Shown here piece by piece: positions 24,432 through 24,697 of a DNA stretch of 24,697 bases (positions are counted from its first letter, which is position 1; each line of letters begins with the position of its first letter). Under the pieces are notes generated by a model. It did not search any database. It was given only the letters and a program-made list of their open reading frames with translations, and was not told where the DNA came from. The DNA is from Armatimonadota bacterium. Lineage in GTDB: Bacteria; Armatimonadota; UBA5829; DTLH01. The position numbers were made by a program, and so were the translations under genes. The stretch spans positions 1-24,697 of the forward strand of contig JBDKSP010000038.1 of the NCBI GenBank assembly GCA_039680575.1, given 5' to 3'.

Positions 24432-24697
24432 TTATGGCTGTATATACCCAATCGTCCGGTATCCTCTAAGTCGCTTCTCATGCATTCTGGCGAGCATTGG
24501 CATATTCAGGTCTGCGTAGTCATATATGCGGACCTCGTTCTTGCCAGCGTGAAGCCGGTGCAGTCGTCCCGCATATTGTGCGAGGGTACCTTTCCAGGAG
24601 ATCGGCATTGTAAGAAAGAGAGTGTCGAGTCGGGCATCATCGAATCCTTCGCCGAGATACCGGCCTGTCGCGACTATTACCCGTTCCTCTGTGTCCG
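24432..24697 (-). CDS. C-terminal end of an SF2 DEAD/DEAH-box (ResIII-like) helicase; partial, runs off the window
   Basis: Hand translation (not in the track): DTEERVIVATGRYLGEGFDDARLDTLFLTMPISWKGTLAQYAGRLHR...EVRIYDYAD...GYIQP*. Contains motif V (EGFD) and motif VI (QxxGRxxR). Confidence 0.85.
   Translation of the reverse strand, partial: DTEERVIVATGRYLGEGFDDARLDTLFLTMPISWKGTLAQYAGRLHRLHAGKNEVRIYDYADLNMPMLARMHEKRLRGYRTIGYIQP

Noticed and set aside
1..24697. CRISPR array, tRNA/rRNA genes, IS transposases
   Set aside because: No regularly spaced repeat-spacer units, cloverleaf or T-loop motifs, or transposase motifs were seen by eye.

Overview
Bacterial chromosomal window of moderately high GC, mostly metabolic genes with AT-richer accessory genes in between. 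An Armatimonadota-like origin is only a guess from protein style. Left to right: (1) a 5'-truncated clan GH-A glycoside hydrolase; (2) a 200-bp intergenic gap that appears to hold an ECF-promoter-driven small RNA with a perfect anti-Shine-Dalgarno motif, antisense to a 33-aa hydrophobic ORF; (3) a pdhA-pdhB-pdhC operon (minus strand, no E3); (4) a divergent histidine-utilisation cluster hutH-hutU-[inserted lipoprotein]-hutI-ftcD; (5) membrane proteins, a Zn-dependent polyol dehydrogenase, a YcxB-like protein and a small Cys-rich ORF; (6) a HlyD-family adaptor plus ABC-2 exporter; (7) an ArsR-regulated cluster arsR-thioredoxin-[55-aa DGC-like mini-ORF]-ccdA-arsP; (8) a long imperfect hairpin with a UUCG loop, a CcbP-like gene and the 3' end of an SF2 helicase. 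Two different short palindromic (REP-like) repeat families recur in intergenic gaps. I saw no tRNA, rRNA, CRISPR array or transposase. All family calls come from recognising motifs by eye; no database search was run.
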